The translations under genes were made by a program, and so were the position numbers. Below are positions 18,911-26,867 of a stretch of 64,000 nucleotides of DNA, piece after piece (the first letter of the stretch is position 1; every line of letters begins with the position of its first letter). Below the pieces are notes generated by a model. The model had not been told where the DNA came from. It was given only the letters and a program-made list of their open reading frames with translations, and did no database searches. The DNA lies in the NCBI GenBank assembly GCA_027484145.1, contig JAIXUH010000007.1, forward strand, positions 291,647 through 355,646, read 5' to 3'. Origin of the DNA: Rhodobacter sp. Its GTDB lineage: Bacteria; Pseudomonadota; Alphaproteobacteria; Rhodobacterales; Rhodobacteraceae.

Positions 18911-19926
18911 GTGCGGGTCTCCGCCTTTTCGTCATCTGCTTCGTCAGCCTCCTCTTGCACCCACCGTGCCAGATCGGCCCGGACAGGGACGGAAAGCGTA
19001 TCAATCAGCCCTGTCCCCGTCGCAGCACGCGACAGGCGAAGCCCGGCCTCTGTCATGGCGCGCAGTTGGGCGGCGTCCGGCCCGGCCAGATCGGCAAAGG
19101 TCAGGCAAACGCGGGGTGACAGCGCCGCCCAGACCTTGCCTTCGCGCAAGGTGCGGCGGGCCGACAGGCCAGAGGGCATGGCGAGGATGATCTCGGTGGG
19201 CATCGCCTGCATCAGCGCGGCGGCAAGGTCCGGCGTCGCCCCGGCGATATCAGACAGGTCAATGATCTGCGGGCTTTGCGCATCGGCCACCGCTTCCGAC
19301 TGCAGCATATCGCCAATCAGCGGGCGTTCCGGGGTCAGCCCCAAAAGCCGCGACCAGCCACGCAGACGATCTTCGGACAACAGCGCCGCCATGCGCGGCG
19401 CGATCAAACGGGGCACGACCCAGCGGTCATGCAACATGGCCGCCGCCGCCAAACGCACGGCAAGCAGCGATTTACCCGCCCCCGGCGCTCCGACGATGAT
19501 GGTGCGCGGGCGCAGATGCCCCACCTCCAGCGGATCGGGGGCCAGCAACTCCGCCTCCAGCCGGTCCACCAGCGCGGCATGGCGGGCCGAAGGCGACACG
19601 CGCGCCCATGGCGTACGCCGTGGCGGAACCGCCGGGCGCAGGGGTGGCGGATCGGCCCAGTCTGACCGTGCCTCCAGCAGATCGGCAAACCGTTGGGCGC
19701 GCTCAGCCATCGTCTCGCCCTCGCGGTCCAGCCGGATTTCGCCGGCGGAATCAAGGCGCGCATCCAGTCGCGACGGCTCCTTTTCGGGCAGTTCGGTCGA
19801 GGCCCGGATTTCCACCAGACCATCCTTGAAACTGGTCGACAGGATATAGGCGTTCACCCCAAGACGTCGGATGACTTCATCCATCGCTTCAGAACTGTCG
19901 GCCCCTCTGGCTGTGATCACGGTCAT
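18907..19926 (-). CDS. flhF: FlhF-like flagellar placement protein with degenerate GTPase motifs
   Basis: Position is flhA-X-fliA. The N-terminal MTVITARGADSSEAMDEVIRRLGVNAYILST matches the FlhF B-domain start. The P-loop GAPGAGKS is present. Expected DTAG and TKxD motifs are replaced (IIDLSDIAG, CLTFADLAG). Confidence 0.65.
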   Translation of the reverse strand: MTVITARGADSSEAMDEVIRRLGVNAYILSTSFKDGLVEIRASTELPEKEPSRLDARLDSAGEIRLDREGETMAERAQRFADLLEARSDWADPPPLRPAVPPRRTPWARVSPSARHAALVDRLEAELLAPDPLEVGHLRPRTIIVGAPGAGKSLLAVRLAAAAMLHDRWVVPRLIAPRMAALLSEDRLRGWSRLLGLTPERPLIGDMLQSEAVADAQSPQIIDLSDIAGATPDLAAALMQAMPTEIILAMPSGLSARRTLREGKVWAALSPRVCLTFADLAGPDAAQLRAMTEAGLRLSRAATGTGLIDTLSVPVRADLARWVQEEADEADDEKAETRT

Positions 19927-19945
19927 CTTGCGTCACTCTCCTGCG

Positions 19946-22072
19946 TCATGCCTGCGCCCCCGGAAGGCCCGGATGCCCCCCGACCGTGGCGATCACTTCG
20001 ATCCGCCGCGTTTCAGGCAACTCGTTGATTCCCATAATGATTGAATCGGGCAGATGCGGCCGCAGCCAGGCTGCCATCGGGCGGCGCAAAGCGCCCGCCA
20101 CGATCACCACCGCCGTCCGGCCCTGCCCTTGGGCGCCATCCATCGCCTTGTTCAGCGATTTCAGGATCTGTTGCCCAAGCCCCTGATCAATCAACAGCCC
20201 GTCTTCGCCCCCTGTCCGGCGGGCACGCAGTAGCAACTGCTCCAACTCGGGCTCCAACGTGATCAGGGCAAGGGGTTGCGATAAAGGCGCGATCTGTTGC
20301 AACAGCAAGGGGGCCATGGCCGGGCGCAAAGCCTCGGCCGTGTCCTGCGGCGACAGGTTGCGCCCGGACAAATCAGCGACCCCTTCCAGAATGCGCCGCA
20401 TGTCGGAAATGGGCATCCGTTCGCCCAAAAGCGTGCGCAGGATCGTTGTAAAGCTGTGCAGCGGCACCAGTTTGGGCACCACGCCATTCACCAGCGTGGG
20501 CGCGACCTTGGTCAGCGTATCCAGCAGGGCCTGCACATCATCCGGCCCGATCAGAAGTGCAGCGTTCTTGGTGATGATCTGGCTCAGATGCGTGGCGATT
20601 ACCGATTCCGGCTCTACCACCACATGGTCATCTGCCTCGGCCTCGGGCACCTGATGCGGCAGGATCCAGACGGCATCCAGCCCGAAGGACGGGTCTTTCA
20701 CCTCGACCCCCTTCAGGCGGCGGGTGGACCCATTGCCCGGAATGGCCAGCTTGCGGTCAGGATAGACCTGATCTTCGGCCATGATCGCCTGACCAATCCG
20801 GATGCGGTATTGGTTGGGCGTCAGCGTCAGGTCATCACGGATGCGAACGCCCGGCACCACGAACCCAAGCGCGCGGCTGGCATCCTTGCGGATCGCGGTG
20901 ATCCGGCTGACCAGTTGCCCGCCCCCATCGCCCGCCATCTGGATCAGGCCATAGCCGATCTGCAGCGAAATCGGCGCGTGATCAGCCACATCTTCCGGCG
21001 TGATCGCCTCGGGCTGTGCCGACTGTGCCTGCCCGCCCGGACCGGGCAGCGCGGGCAGGCCCGCCTCGGCACGGGCCTCAGCCACAGCGGCGGCCTTTTC
21101 GCGTTTGGCCCCGAACCACGCGGCCGCAGCCGCAGCCGTGCCGCCAATAAGGAACATCAAGTTCGGCATGCCCGGCACCAGACCAATCAGGATCATCACC
21201 CCGGCCACCGGCACCCAGGCCCGGCTCAGGTTGATCTGTTTGGAAATCAGCTCGCCCATGTCATTGGCCGATGACACGCGCGTCACGATCACGGCGGTGG
21301 CGATCGACAGCAGCAGCGCCGGAATCTGGGCCACCAGACCATCACCGATGGACAACAGGATATAGGTTTCAGCTGCCTCGCCAAAGGTCAGGTCATGCTG
21401 AAGGGTGCCGATCAGCACGCCGCCGATGATGTTGATGAACAAGATCAGGATGCCGGCGACCGCGTCACCCTTTACGAACTTCGACGCGCCATCCATCGAC
21501 CCGTAGAAATCTGCCTCGGCGGCCACTTCGGCCCTGCGGATCTTGGCTTCGGGGGGTGTCATCAACCCGGCGTTCAGGTCGGCGTCGATGGCCATCTGCT
21601 TGCCAGGCATGGCGTCCAGCGTAAAGCGCGCCGCCACTTCCGACACCCGCCCCGCACCCTTGGTGATCACGATCAGGTTGATGATCACCAGAATGGTGAA
21701 CACCAGCAGGCCCACCACAAAGTTGCCGGCAATCACGAACTCGCCAAAGGCTTGAATCACCTTTCCAGCGGCTTCGTGGCCGGTGTGACCTTCGGTCAGA
21801 ACAATGCGGGTTGATGCGACGTTCAGCGCAAGGCGCAGAATGGTAGAGAACAGCAAGATGCTGGGAAAGCTGGAAAAATCGAGCGGGCGATAGGTATGCA
21901 GCGCCACCATCAGGATCAACAGCGACAGCAGGATATTGAACACGAAGAACACGTCCAGCAGCACCACCGGCAAGGGCAGCACCATCATGGCGACGATGAT
22001 GAGAATGCCCGCAGGCAGGGCCAACCCGCCCAGTTGCCGCGAAATCTGAGGGAAAAAGGCAGCGTCGCTCAT
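19946..22072 (-). CDS. flhA: flagellar export apparatus protein FlhA
   Basis: 708 aa from the ATG at 22072 (MSDAAFFPQISRQLGG...). FHIPEP motifs: VIAGNFVVGLLVFTILVIINLIVITKGAGRVSEVAARFTLDAMPGKQMAIDADL and FYGSMDGASKFVKGDA. Confidence 0.95.
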   Translation of the reverse strand: MSDAAFFPQISRQLGGLALPAGILIIVAMMVLPLPVVLLDVFFVFNILLSLLILMVALHTYRPLDFSSFPSILLFSTILRLALNVASTRIVLTEGHTGHEAAGKVIQAFGEFVIAGNFVVGLLVFTILVIINLIVITKGAGRVSEVAARFTLDAMPGKQMAIDADLNAGLMTPPEAKIRRAEVAAEADFYGSMDGASKFVKGDAVAGILILFINIIGGVLIGTLQHDLTFGEAAETYILLSIGDGLVAQIPALLLSIATAVIVTRVSSANDMGELISKQINLSRAWVPVAGVMILIGLVPGMPNLMFLIGGTAAAAAAWFGAKREKAAAVAEARAEAGLPALPGPGGQAQSAQPEAITPEDVADHAPISLQIGYGLIQMAGDGGGQLVSRITAIRKDASRALGFVVPGVRIRDDLTLTPNQYRIRIGQAIMAEDQVYPDRKLAIPGNGSTRRLKGVEVKDPSFGLDAVWILPHQVPEAEADDHVVVEPESVIATHLSQIITKNAALLIGPDDVQALLDTLTKVAPTLVNGVVPKLVPLHSFTTILRTLLGERMPISDMRRILEGVADLSGRNLSPQDTAEALRPAMAPLLLQQIAPLSQPLALITLEPELEQLLLRARRTGGEDGLLIDQGLGQQILKSLNKAMDGAQGQGRTAVVIVAGALRRPMAAWLRPHLPDSIIMGINELPETRRIEVIATVGGHPGLPGAQA

Positions 22073-22158
22073 GGCGTGCTGGCCTTGGTCTTGCAGATGG
22101 CGGGTGCACTGTTGGGCATTGGCGGGCCTTTGACGGTTGGACTGTCCTTCGCCCTGCC

Positions 22159-22174
22159 TGCAAGACCCATGCCA
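22159..22174 (-). promoter_or_regulatory. sigma54 (-24/-12) promoter for flhA-flhF-fliA
   Basis: Minus-strand sequence TGGCATGGGTCTTGCA versus the consensus TGGCACG-N4-TTGCW. One mismatch and correct GG-N10-GC spacing. About 85 nt upstream of the flhA ATG. Confidence 0.6.
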
Positions 22175-22224
22175 AAAGGATAGGTAAAAGTTTGCGCCGC
22201 CAAACCGCCCATCCCCCGCCGGGC

Positions 22225-22240
22225 TGGCACGGCCTTTGCA
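22225..22240 (+). promoter_or_regulatory. sigma54 (-24/-12) promoter for the flgP-like operon
   Basis: TGGCACGGCCTTTGCA is a perfect match to TGGCACG-N4-TTGCA. It lies 37 nt upstream of the ATG at 22277, which has a GGAG Shine-Dalgarno. Confidence 0.7.
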
Positions 22241-22276
22241 AGATGTCGGGCAACTGATCCCGACCCGGAGGCCCCG

Positions 22277-22795
22277 ATGCCCCTTTTGCGCCCCTTCCTG
22301 TTGATGACCCTGCCGCTTGTCCTGTCTGCCTGCGCAACCGGACACCGGTCTGCCATGCAGTCCCTGCCGCCCGGCGCCGATGCAGCAACGACGCAGCTGG
22401 CCGAGGTCAAAGATGCCCTTGATGCCGTCAGCCCGCCGCCGATGGCGATGGCCCGCACACCGGCACCCATGATCAAAGGGATGGGGTTCGGCCAGATCGC
22501 GGGCCAACCCGGCAAAACGCAGAACGAAAAGCGGCTGATGGCCATTCGCGCCGCCCGGATGGAGGCGCTGCGTGATCTGACCGAACAGGTGCACGGCATC
22601 CGGATCGATTCCGAAACATTGCTGCGCGACGCCGTTATCAAGGACGACCGCCTGTATGGCGTGGTCGAAGGCACCATCCGGGGCGCACGCACCGTGCGGA
22701 TCACGCCCAAGGACGCCGATGCCTATGAGGTGGAACTTGCGCTCGACCGTGACACGGTCGGCTACATCCTGCGTGCCGTCAAAGGAGGTTTGTAA
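22277..22795 (+). CDS. flgP: LPP20/FlgP-like flagellar lipoprotein
   Basis: Lipobox LVLSAC. The core KRLMAIRAARMEALRDLTEQVHGIRIDSETLLRDAV...VEGTIRGAR resembles the LPP20/FlgP family. Located in a sigma54-driven flagellar operon upstream of flgT-like and flgA. Confidence 0.65.
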   Translation: MPLLRPFLLMTLPLVLSACATGHRSAMQSLPPGADAATTQLAEVKDALDAVSPPPMAMARTPAPMIKGMGFGQIAGQPGKTQNEKRLMAIRAARMEALRDLTEQVHGIRIDSETLLRDAVIKDDRLYGVVEGTIRGARTVRITPKDADAYEVELALDRDTVGYILRAVKGGL

Positions 22796-22947
22796 TGGAC
22801 CGCGCCCTGTTCGGAGTCGCCATCGCCTGGTTGGTCGTGATCGGCAGCTTTGATTCCAGCCACAAGATCTGGGAACGCTACGCCTTTCACGTGCCGATCT
22901 TTGGTGAAATTCAAGGGCTGAAGATGCTTGGCGGGTCATCATGGTGA
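22795..22947 (+). CDS. unannotated 50-aa single-TM ORF, translationally coupled on both sides
   Basis: - The ATG overlaps the flgP-like stop (TAATG).
- Its TGA overlaps the next ATG (ATGGTGA).
- Product: MDRALFGVAIAWLVVIGSFDSSHKIWERYAFHVPIFGEIQGLKMLGGSSW, with one hydrophobic helix.
- It has GC-rich third positions.
- It falls below the ORF-track length cut-off. Confidence 0.45.
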   Translation: MDRALFGVAIAWLVVIGSFDSSHKIWERYAFHVPIFGEIQGLKMLGGSSW

Positions 22948-24044
22948 TTGACCGCGCCATCCTTGCGATTGCCTTCGCATGGGCGCTGCTGATCGGGCAG
23001 GCCCGCGCCGCCGAAACAGCATGGATCGACGTAACCGGTCACGCGGCCATATCAGGCGAGGCTGATCGTGATTCCGCCCGCCGCCGCGCCCTTGCCGATG
23101 CGCTGTTCAATGCCGCCCTGATGGGGGGGGCCGATGTGCGCGGCCATACAGCTGTTTCGAAATCCGTGGTCACGGCAGACCTGACCATTGTCCGAGCGAT
23201 TGGCCGCGTGATGGAACACCGCATCATCGACCAGAAAGAACGGCAGGGCCTGTGGGAAGTGTCGATCCGCGCGCGTGTTGGTTTGGAGGGCGATCCGTTT
23301 TGCCCCACGCCGCGCCGCCTGATCGTGTCGGCCTATGCACCCGAGATCGTGGTTTCGCCTCATGCCCCGGCCTGGGCGGCCGAATTGGCACAGCAGGTCT
23401 CTGCCGATCTGATCGAGCAGCTTGACCGCCATCCCGCCACAGACATCGTTCGCATCACAGACCGCCGCATTCCCGCCGTCAGCCGCAACGAAAGCATGGA
23501 TTACACCGTGCTGACCCAAGGGTCGGTGCAGTTGCAGCCCGGCGAGTTGGGTTTTGTCTCGCTGTTGCGGATCGACCCGCTGTCCGATGCCTTTGGCCCC
23601 GGCGTGGCACTTGAAGCCGAGTTGCAGGTGCACAGCCGCGATGGCGGGGTGTATCGCCAGATTTTCCGGCGCGAAGCCTCCTTGGGCAAACCGCGCCTGC
23701 TGGGCCGCGCTGCCGAACTGACACGTCGCGACCGCATGGGCATGGCAAAGGCGCTGACCGCCGGGCTGAAGGAAACCTTCACGTCGCTTTTGGATACCAA
23801 GGCCTGCGAACCTGTTGTTGCCGTTCTTTCGGGTGCGGGCGGCAAGCTGTCGGTGCCGGTGGGCCGCCGCCATGGCCTGTCGCGTGCTGCCCTTGCCTTT
23901 ACAACCGACCATGACCACACCACCGAATTGCTTGAGGTCATTGATCTGGGCAGCGATCGCGCCATCCTGCGCCCGCTGGACCCCGGCCTTTCCGTGCAAT
24001 CTCTGGCTGGCCGCCCCGTTCGTTTTGTCGAGGCAGCATGGTAA
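22941..24044 (+). CDS. flgT: FlgT-like periplasmic flagellar (H-ring) protein
   Basis: Signal peptide (AFAWALLIGQARAAE). The N-terminal ...GEADRDSARRRALADALFNAALMGG... resembles the FlgT N-domain. At 367 aa it is similar in size to Vibrio FlgT. Synteny is flgP-flgT-flgA. A distant FlgT is known in R. sphaeroides Fla1. Confidence 0.5.
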   Translation: MVIDRAILAIAFAWALLIGQARAAETAWIDVTGHAAISGEADRDSARRRALADALFNAALMGGADVRGHTAVSKSVVTADLTIVRAIGRVMEHRIIDQKERQGLWEVSIRARVGLEGDPFCPTPRRLIVSAYAPEIVVSPHAPAWAAELAQQVSADLIEQLDRHPATDIVRITDRRIPAVSRNESMDYTVLTQGSVQLQPGELGFVSLLRIDPLSDAFGPGVALEAELQVHSRDGGVYRQIFRREASLGKPRLLGRAAELTRRDRMGMAKALTAGLKETFTSLLDTKACEPVVAVLSGAGGKLSVPVGRRHGLSRAALAFTTDHDHTTELLEVIDLGSDRAILRPLDPGLSVQSLAGRPVRFVEAAW

Positions 24045-24757
24045 GGTTCGCCATCCTGATCGGCCTTTTGGTGCCCCCGGCCCATCCGGCATGGTCTGGC
24101 GCTTTGGCCCCCGATGATGCCGTGGCCATCGCCTCGGCTGCGCTGCAACGGGCGGGCGTCACAGGGGCAAGCCCCGTGGCCCCCAGCCGCGCGCTGCCCC
24201 CCTGCGACGGTGAGGTGACCGCCGGCCCGCGTCAGGGCCGCTGGTCGACAGTGGAACTGACCTGCGACAGCCCCCGCTGGACACGTGCCCTGCGCACCCG
24301 CGCCGCCGACGATCCGGCTCCGCGCAACACCTCGACGCGCGAGCCTGCGGCCAGCGATGCCACAGCCCTTGCACTGACACGGCCACTTGCCCGGGGCGAG
24401 ATGATCACCAAAGCCGATCTGGTGGCCGTTCCCATGCCGGACCGTGCGCCCGATCAGGTGTTCGCCGATCCGGCAGACCTGATCGGCCGCCGCCTGCGCC
24501 AATCGCTTGCGCCCGGACGTGCGATCCTTGCGCGCCATCTCGCGCCAGACTGGATCGTGCTGGCCGAAGGGCCCGTGACCATCCTGACCCGGACCGGCGG
24601 CATCGAAGTCGCCATGCAGGGACGGGCACAAGACAATGCCGCGATGGGTGAAATCGTCTCGGTTACCAACCTTTCTTCGGGCCGAACCATCATGGCCCGC
24701 GTGATCGGTGCAGATTTGGTGGGTGTTGCCCTAAAACCTTCTGAAAAGGAGCCGTAA
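24038..24757 (+). CDS. flgA: P-ring assembly chaperone FlgA
   Basis: Signal peptide. SAF-like segment ALTRPLARGEMITKADL. C-terminal TRTGGIEVAMQGRAQDNAAMGEIVSVTNLSSGRTIMARV. Confidence 0.8.
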   Translation: MVRFAILIGLLVPPAHPAWSGALAPDDAVAIASAALQRAGVTGASPVAPSRALPPCDGEVTAGPRQGRWSTVELTCDSPRWTRALRTRAADDPAPRNTSTREPAASDATALALTRPLARGEMITKADLVAVPMPDRAPDQVFADPADLIGRRLRQSLAPGRAILARHLAPDWIVLAEGPVTILTRTGGIEVAMQGRAQDNAAMGEIVSVTNLSSGRTIMARVIGADLVGVALKPSEKEP

Positions 24758-24767
24758 GTTGGTTCAG

Positions 24768-25112
24768 ATGGAGGGTCCTATGGTAGAGCCTGTCTCACAT
24801 TCCGCGGGAAAAGCCCGTATCCAACGCGCCAGTTCCGACAGCGCGAGTCCGATCGCAAAGATCGGGGCTTCCGGGGCTGCGCCACTGTCACTGAACGCCG
24901 GCACCAGCGTGGGGTCCATGTCTGGTGCTGCCGAAACGGTGTCGATCAGCACTGCCGCAAAGGCCATGCCTTCTGAACTGAAGGCTGGCCCTCCGGTAGA
25001 TATCGAAACCGTAAGCCGGATCAAAGAGGCGATCGCGCAAAACCGCTATCCGATCGACTTGCACGCCATCACGGAAAGCTTGTTCCAAAGCTTTCTTGAA
25101 ATCTCACGCTAA
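24768..25112 (+). CDS. flgM: anti-sigma28 factor FlgM
   Basis: Small Ser/Ala-rich protein ending DIETVSRIKEAIAQNRYPIDLHAITESLFQSFLEI (FlgM C-terminal sigma28-binding helices). Alternative starts at 24759 (TTG) and 24780. Confidence 0.75.
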   Translation: MEGPMVEPVSHSAGKARIQRASSDSASPIAKIGASGAAPLSLNAGTSVGSMSGAAETVSISTAAKAMPSELKAGPPVDIETVSRIKEAIAQNRYPIDLHAITESLFQSFLEISR

Positions 25113-25131
25113 AAGACCTTCGAGGGCGCAT

Positions 25132-25524
25132 ATGAGCGTTGGCCTGACTGAACTGACTACCCTGACCGCGCTGATGGGCGGCATCTGCACCCTGTCCTTG
25201 GGACTGTGGCGCATGTCTGCAGCCCGCAAGGCCGAGGGTCCGGAAACCGGCCCTGACGCCGATCTGGCCAGCCTGATCCGCGAGGGCGAGGAACGGCTAA
25301 CATCGATGGTCGCGATGATGGATGCAACGCAGCAGGCCCGCATGGACTCGTTGCGCAGTGAAATCACAGCGGTGAAGGCAGATATCGACTGGCTCACGGG
25401 CGAAAAGATGATCGAGCAGGCCATTTCGATGGCACGCGACGGCATCGCCGCCGAGGACATCAGCGCCGATCTGGGGCTGTCGTTCGATGCGGCCCATACG
25501 ATCAGCGTGATGCGTCGGCACTGA
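25132..25524 (+). CDS. DUF2802-like flagellar-cluster membrane protein
   Basis: 130 aa. N-terminal TM helix (LTTLTALMGGICTLSLGLW), coiled-coil middle, and a C-terminal HTH-like IEQAISMARDGIAAEDISADLGLSFDAAHTISVM. The architecture matches DUF2802 proteins found in gamma-type flagellar/che clusters. Confidence 0.5.
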   Translation: MSVGLTELTTLTALMGGICTLSLGLWRMSAARKAEGPETGPDADLASLIREGEERLTSMVAMMDATQQARMDSLRSEITAVKADIDWLTGEKMIEQAISMARDGIAAEDISADLGLSFDAAHTISVMRRH

Positions 25525-25546
25525 AACCCGATCGGGCATGAAACTG

Positions 25547-25578
25547 AAAAGGCCCCCGTTTTGCAACGGGGGCCTTTT
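25547..25578. terminator. bidirectional rho-independent terminator
   Basis: AAAA-GGCCCCCGTT-TTGC-AACGGGGGCC-TTTT: a 10-bp perfect stem flanked by A and T runs, between convergent genes. Confidence 0.8.
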
Positions 25579-25598
25579 GCTTGCCGGGGATGTGGTGT

Positions 25599-26276
25599 TC
25601 ACCCCTCGTTGTCCGGCATCCGCGCTGCGGCATCGGCCAACACCGCACAGACGGCCGGTTGATCTTCGGCATTCGCGCCGCACCATTCCCCAAACGCCAG
25701 CAGCGCCTTGGCCTGGGCCCCGGCGGCCTCTTTCGGCGACAGGGCGGCAAAGGACATATCGCGCAGGCTTGGCGCGGCCTTGTGACCCATCGCAGCAGCC
25801 AGCGAATACCACACATACACCTGAACCTTGTCCGGTTTTGCGGCCAGACCCGTTTCGATCAGGGCCAACCGCAGGAACGACGACGGCGCTTCCTTTGCGG
25901 CATTTGCCTGAACTTCGGCCATCAGGCGGGCATGCAGGGTTGCGCGCACATCCTTGGCGGTGCCTTCGGACAGGACGGCAATCAAGGCCTGCGCCTTTGG
26001 CACGGCCAAGAGCCGCGCCCGCCACGCCCAGTAAAGGGCATTCTCGTGGTTCTGCGGCACACCGACGCCATGGTGATACAGCACTGCCAGATTATACATC
26101 GCCTCACCATCGCCCTGTTTGGCAAGGTCATGGAACATGGCGGCCCCGGTTCCGGCATCACCGGCCCGCAGGGCATCCATCGCATTGGTAAACGGGTCGG
26201 CGCCCGTGGGGCCGACAGCCGACAAAAGCGCGACAAGGGCCACGGCCCCGGCGCCGATGGTCAATCTGCGGGTCAT
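25599..26276 (-). CDS. Sel1-repeat periplasmic protein (possible MotX analogue)
   Basis: Signal peptide MTRRLTIGAGAVALVALLSAVG. Sel1 repeat GDGEAMYNLAVLYHHGVGVPQNHENALYWAWRA. Further helical-repeat-like segments and two C-terminal Cys (EWCGANAEDQPAVC). ATGA overlap with the upstream gene. Confidence 0.7.
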   Translation of the reverse strand: MTRRLTIGAGAVALVALLSAVGPTGADPFTNAMDALRAGDAGTGAAMFHDLAKQGDGEAMYNLAVLYHHGVGVPQNHENALYWAWRARLLAVPKAQALIAVLSEGTAKDVRATLHARLMAEVQANAAKEAPSSFLRLALIETGLAAKPDKVQVYVWYSLAAAMGHKAAPSLRDMSFAALSPKEAAGAQAKALLAFGEWCGANAEDQPAVCAVLADAAARMPDNEG

Positions 26277-26728
26277 GTGCCAGCCTTCATCACCAGTTGC
26301 AGATACAAAAGCCGCCGCCGTGGTCCGGTTTTGCGCCGCTCATACACAACGATGCGGGGACGGGTCACGCCTTCGGTCTCGAACTCCACATCGATCGCTT
26401 CGGGCAGGAACACGTTGTAATCCGCCATCGTGCCGATCGGGTCGGCGGCAAATCGGTCGCGGAACACGCGGTCAATCCAGATGCGGGCAAGCGCCCGGCC
26501 CAGAATGTCGGGCAGGTAGGCCTTTACCTGATCGGTATCGCGCAGATAGGTTTCCTTGCGCACCAACCCGAACTTGGCCCCATCGGGCGCTTCGGGCGCA
26601 GATGCGGGCCGCCCGGCCCCCTGTTCAGGGGGCAGAACCTCGACCTCGCGCGGATGGCGCGAGGGCAGCCACGAAAAGAAGGGCACCAAAGCCCGCGACA
26701 TTGCTGATTTCATAGCCCCTGCACCCAT
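26273..26728 (-). CDS. hypothetical protein with nitrile-hydratase-alpha/NHLP-like segment
   Basis: LARIWIDRVFRDRFAADPIGTMADYNVFLPEAIDVEFE...RIVVYE...LLYLQL resembles the NHLP leader fold pattern. There is no Gly-Gly site or core peptide. The start is uncertain (26728, or the downstream Met at MKSAMS). Confidence 0.45.
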   Translation of the reverse strand: MGAGAMKSAMSRALVPFFSWLPSRHPREVEVLPPEQGAGRPASAPEAPDGAKFGLVRKETYLRDTDQVKAYLPDILGRALARIWIDRVFRDRFAADPIGTMADYNVFLPEAIDVEFETEGVTRPRIVVYERRKTGPRRRLLYLQLVMKAGT

Positions 26729-26867
26729 CTTGCGTCAGGTCTTCAGCCTTTAATACGGACGCGTGCCAAGCTGTGTTAGGCCATCCCTTTACCCGACCCG
26801 CCCATCCCTTCGCATCGTGGCAGGGCACCCCCCTGTCTGGCATCATTGCGGGGCAAAGGATTCCGCC

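Noticed and set aside
22073-22960. 296-codon N-terminal extension of the flhA ORF (tracked as 19946-22960)
   Set aside because: - The extension runs through the divergent promoter region and antisense to the flgP-like gene.
- FlhA homology starts at MSDAAFFPQ (22072).
- Both sigma54 promoters lie inside the supposed extension.
26273-26728. NHLP-like protein as a RiPP precursor (proteusin/TOMM-type natural product locus)
   Set aside because: There is no Gly-Gly cleavage site or core peptide after the leader-like region. There is no radical-SAM, cyclodehydratase, methyltransferase or export/protease gene nearby. The context is flagellar.
26729-26867. sigma54- or sigma28-type promoter in the divergent region between the NHLP-like gene and the FliL paralogue
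   Set aside because: TGGCA-containing strings are present (tggcatcattgc, ttggcacgcg), but the GG-N10-GC spacing or the -12 element is wrong in each case.
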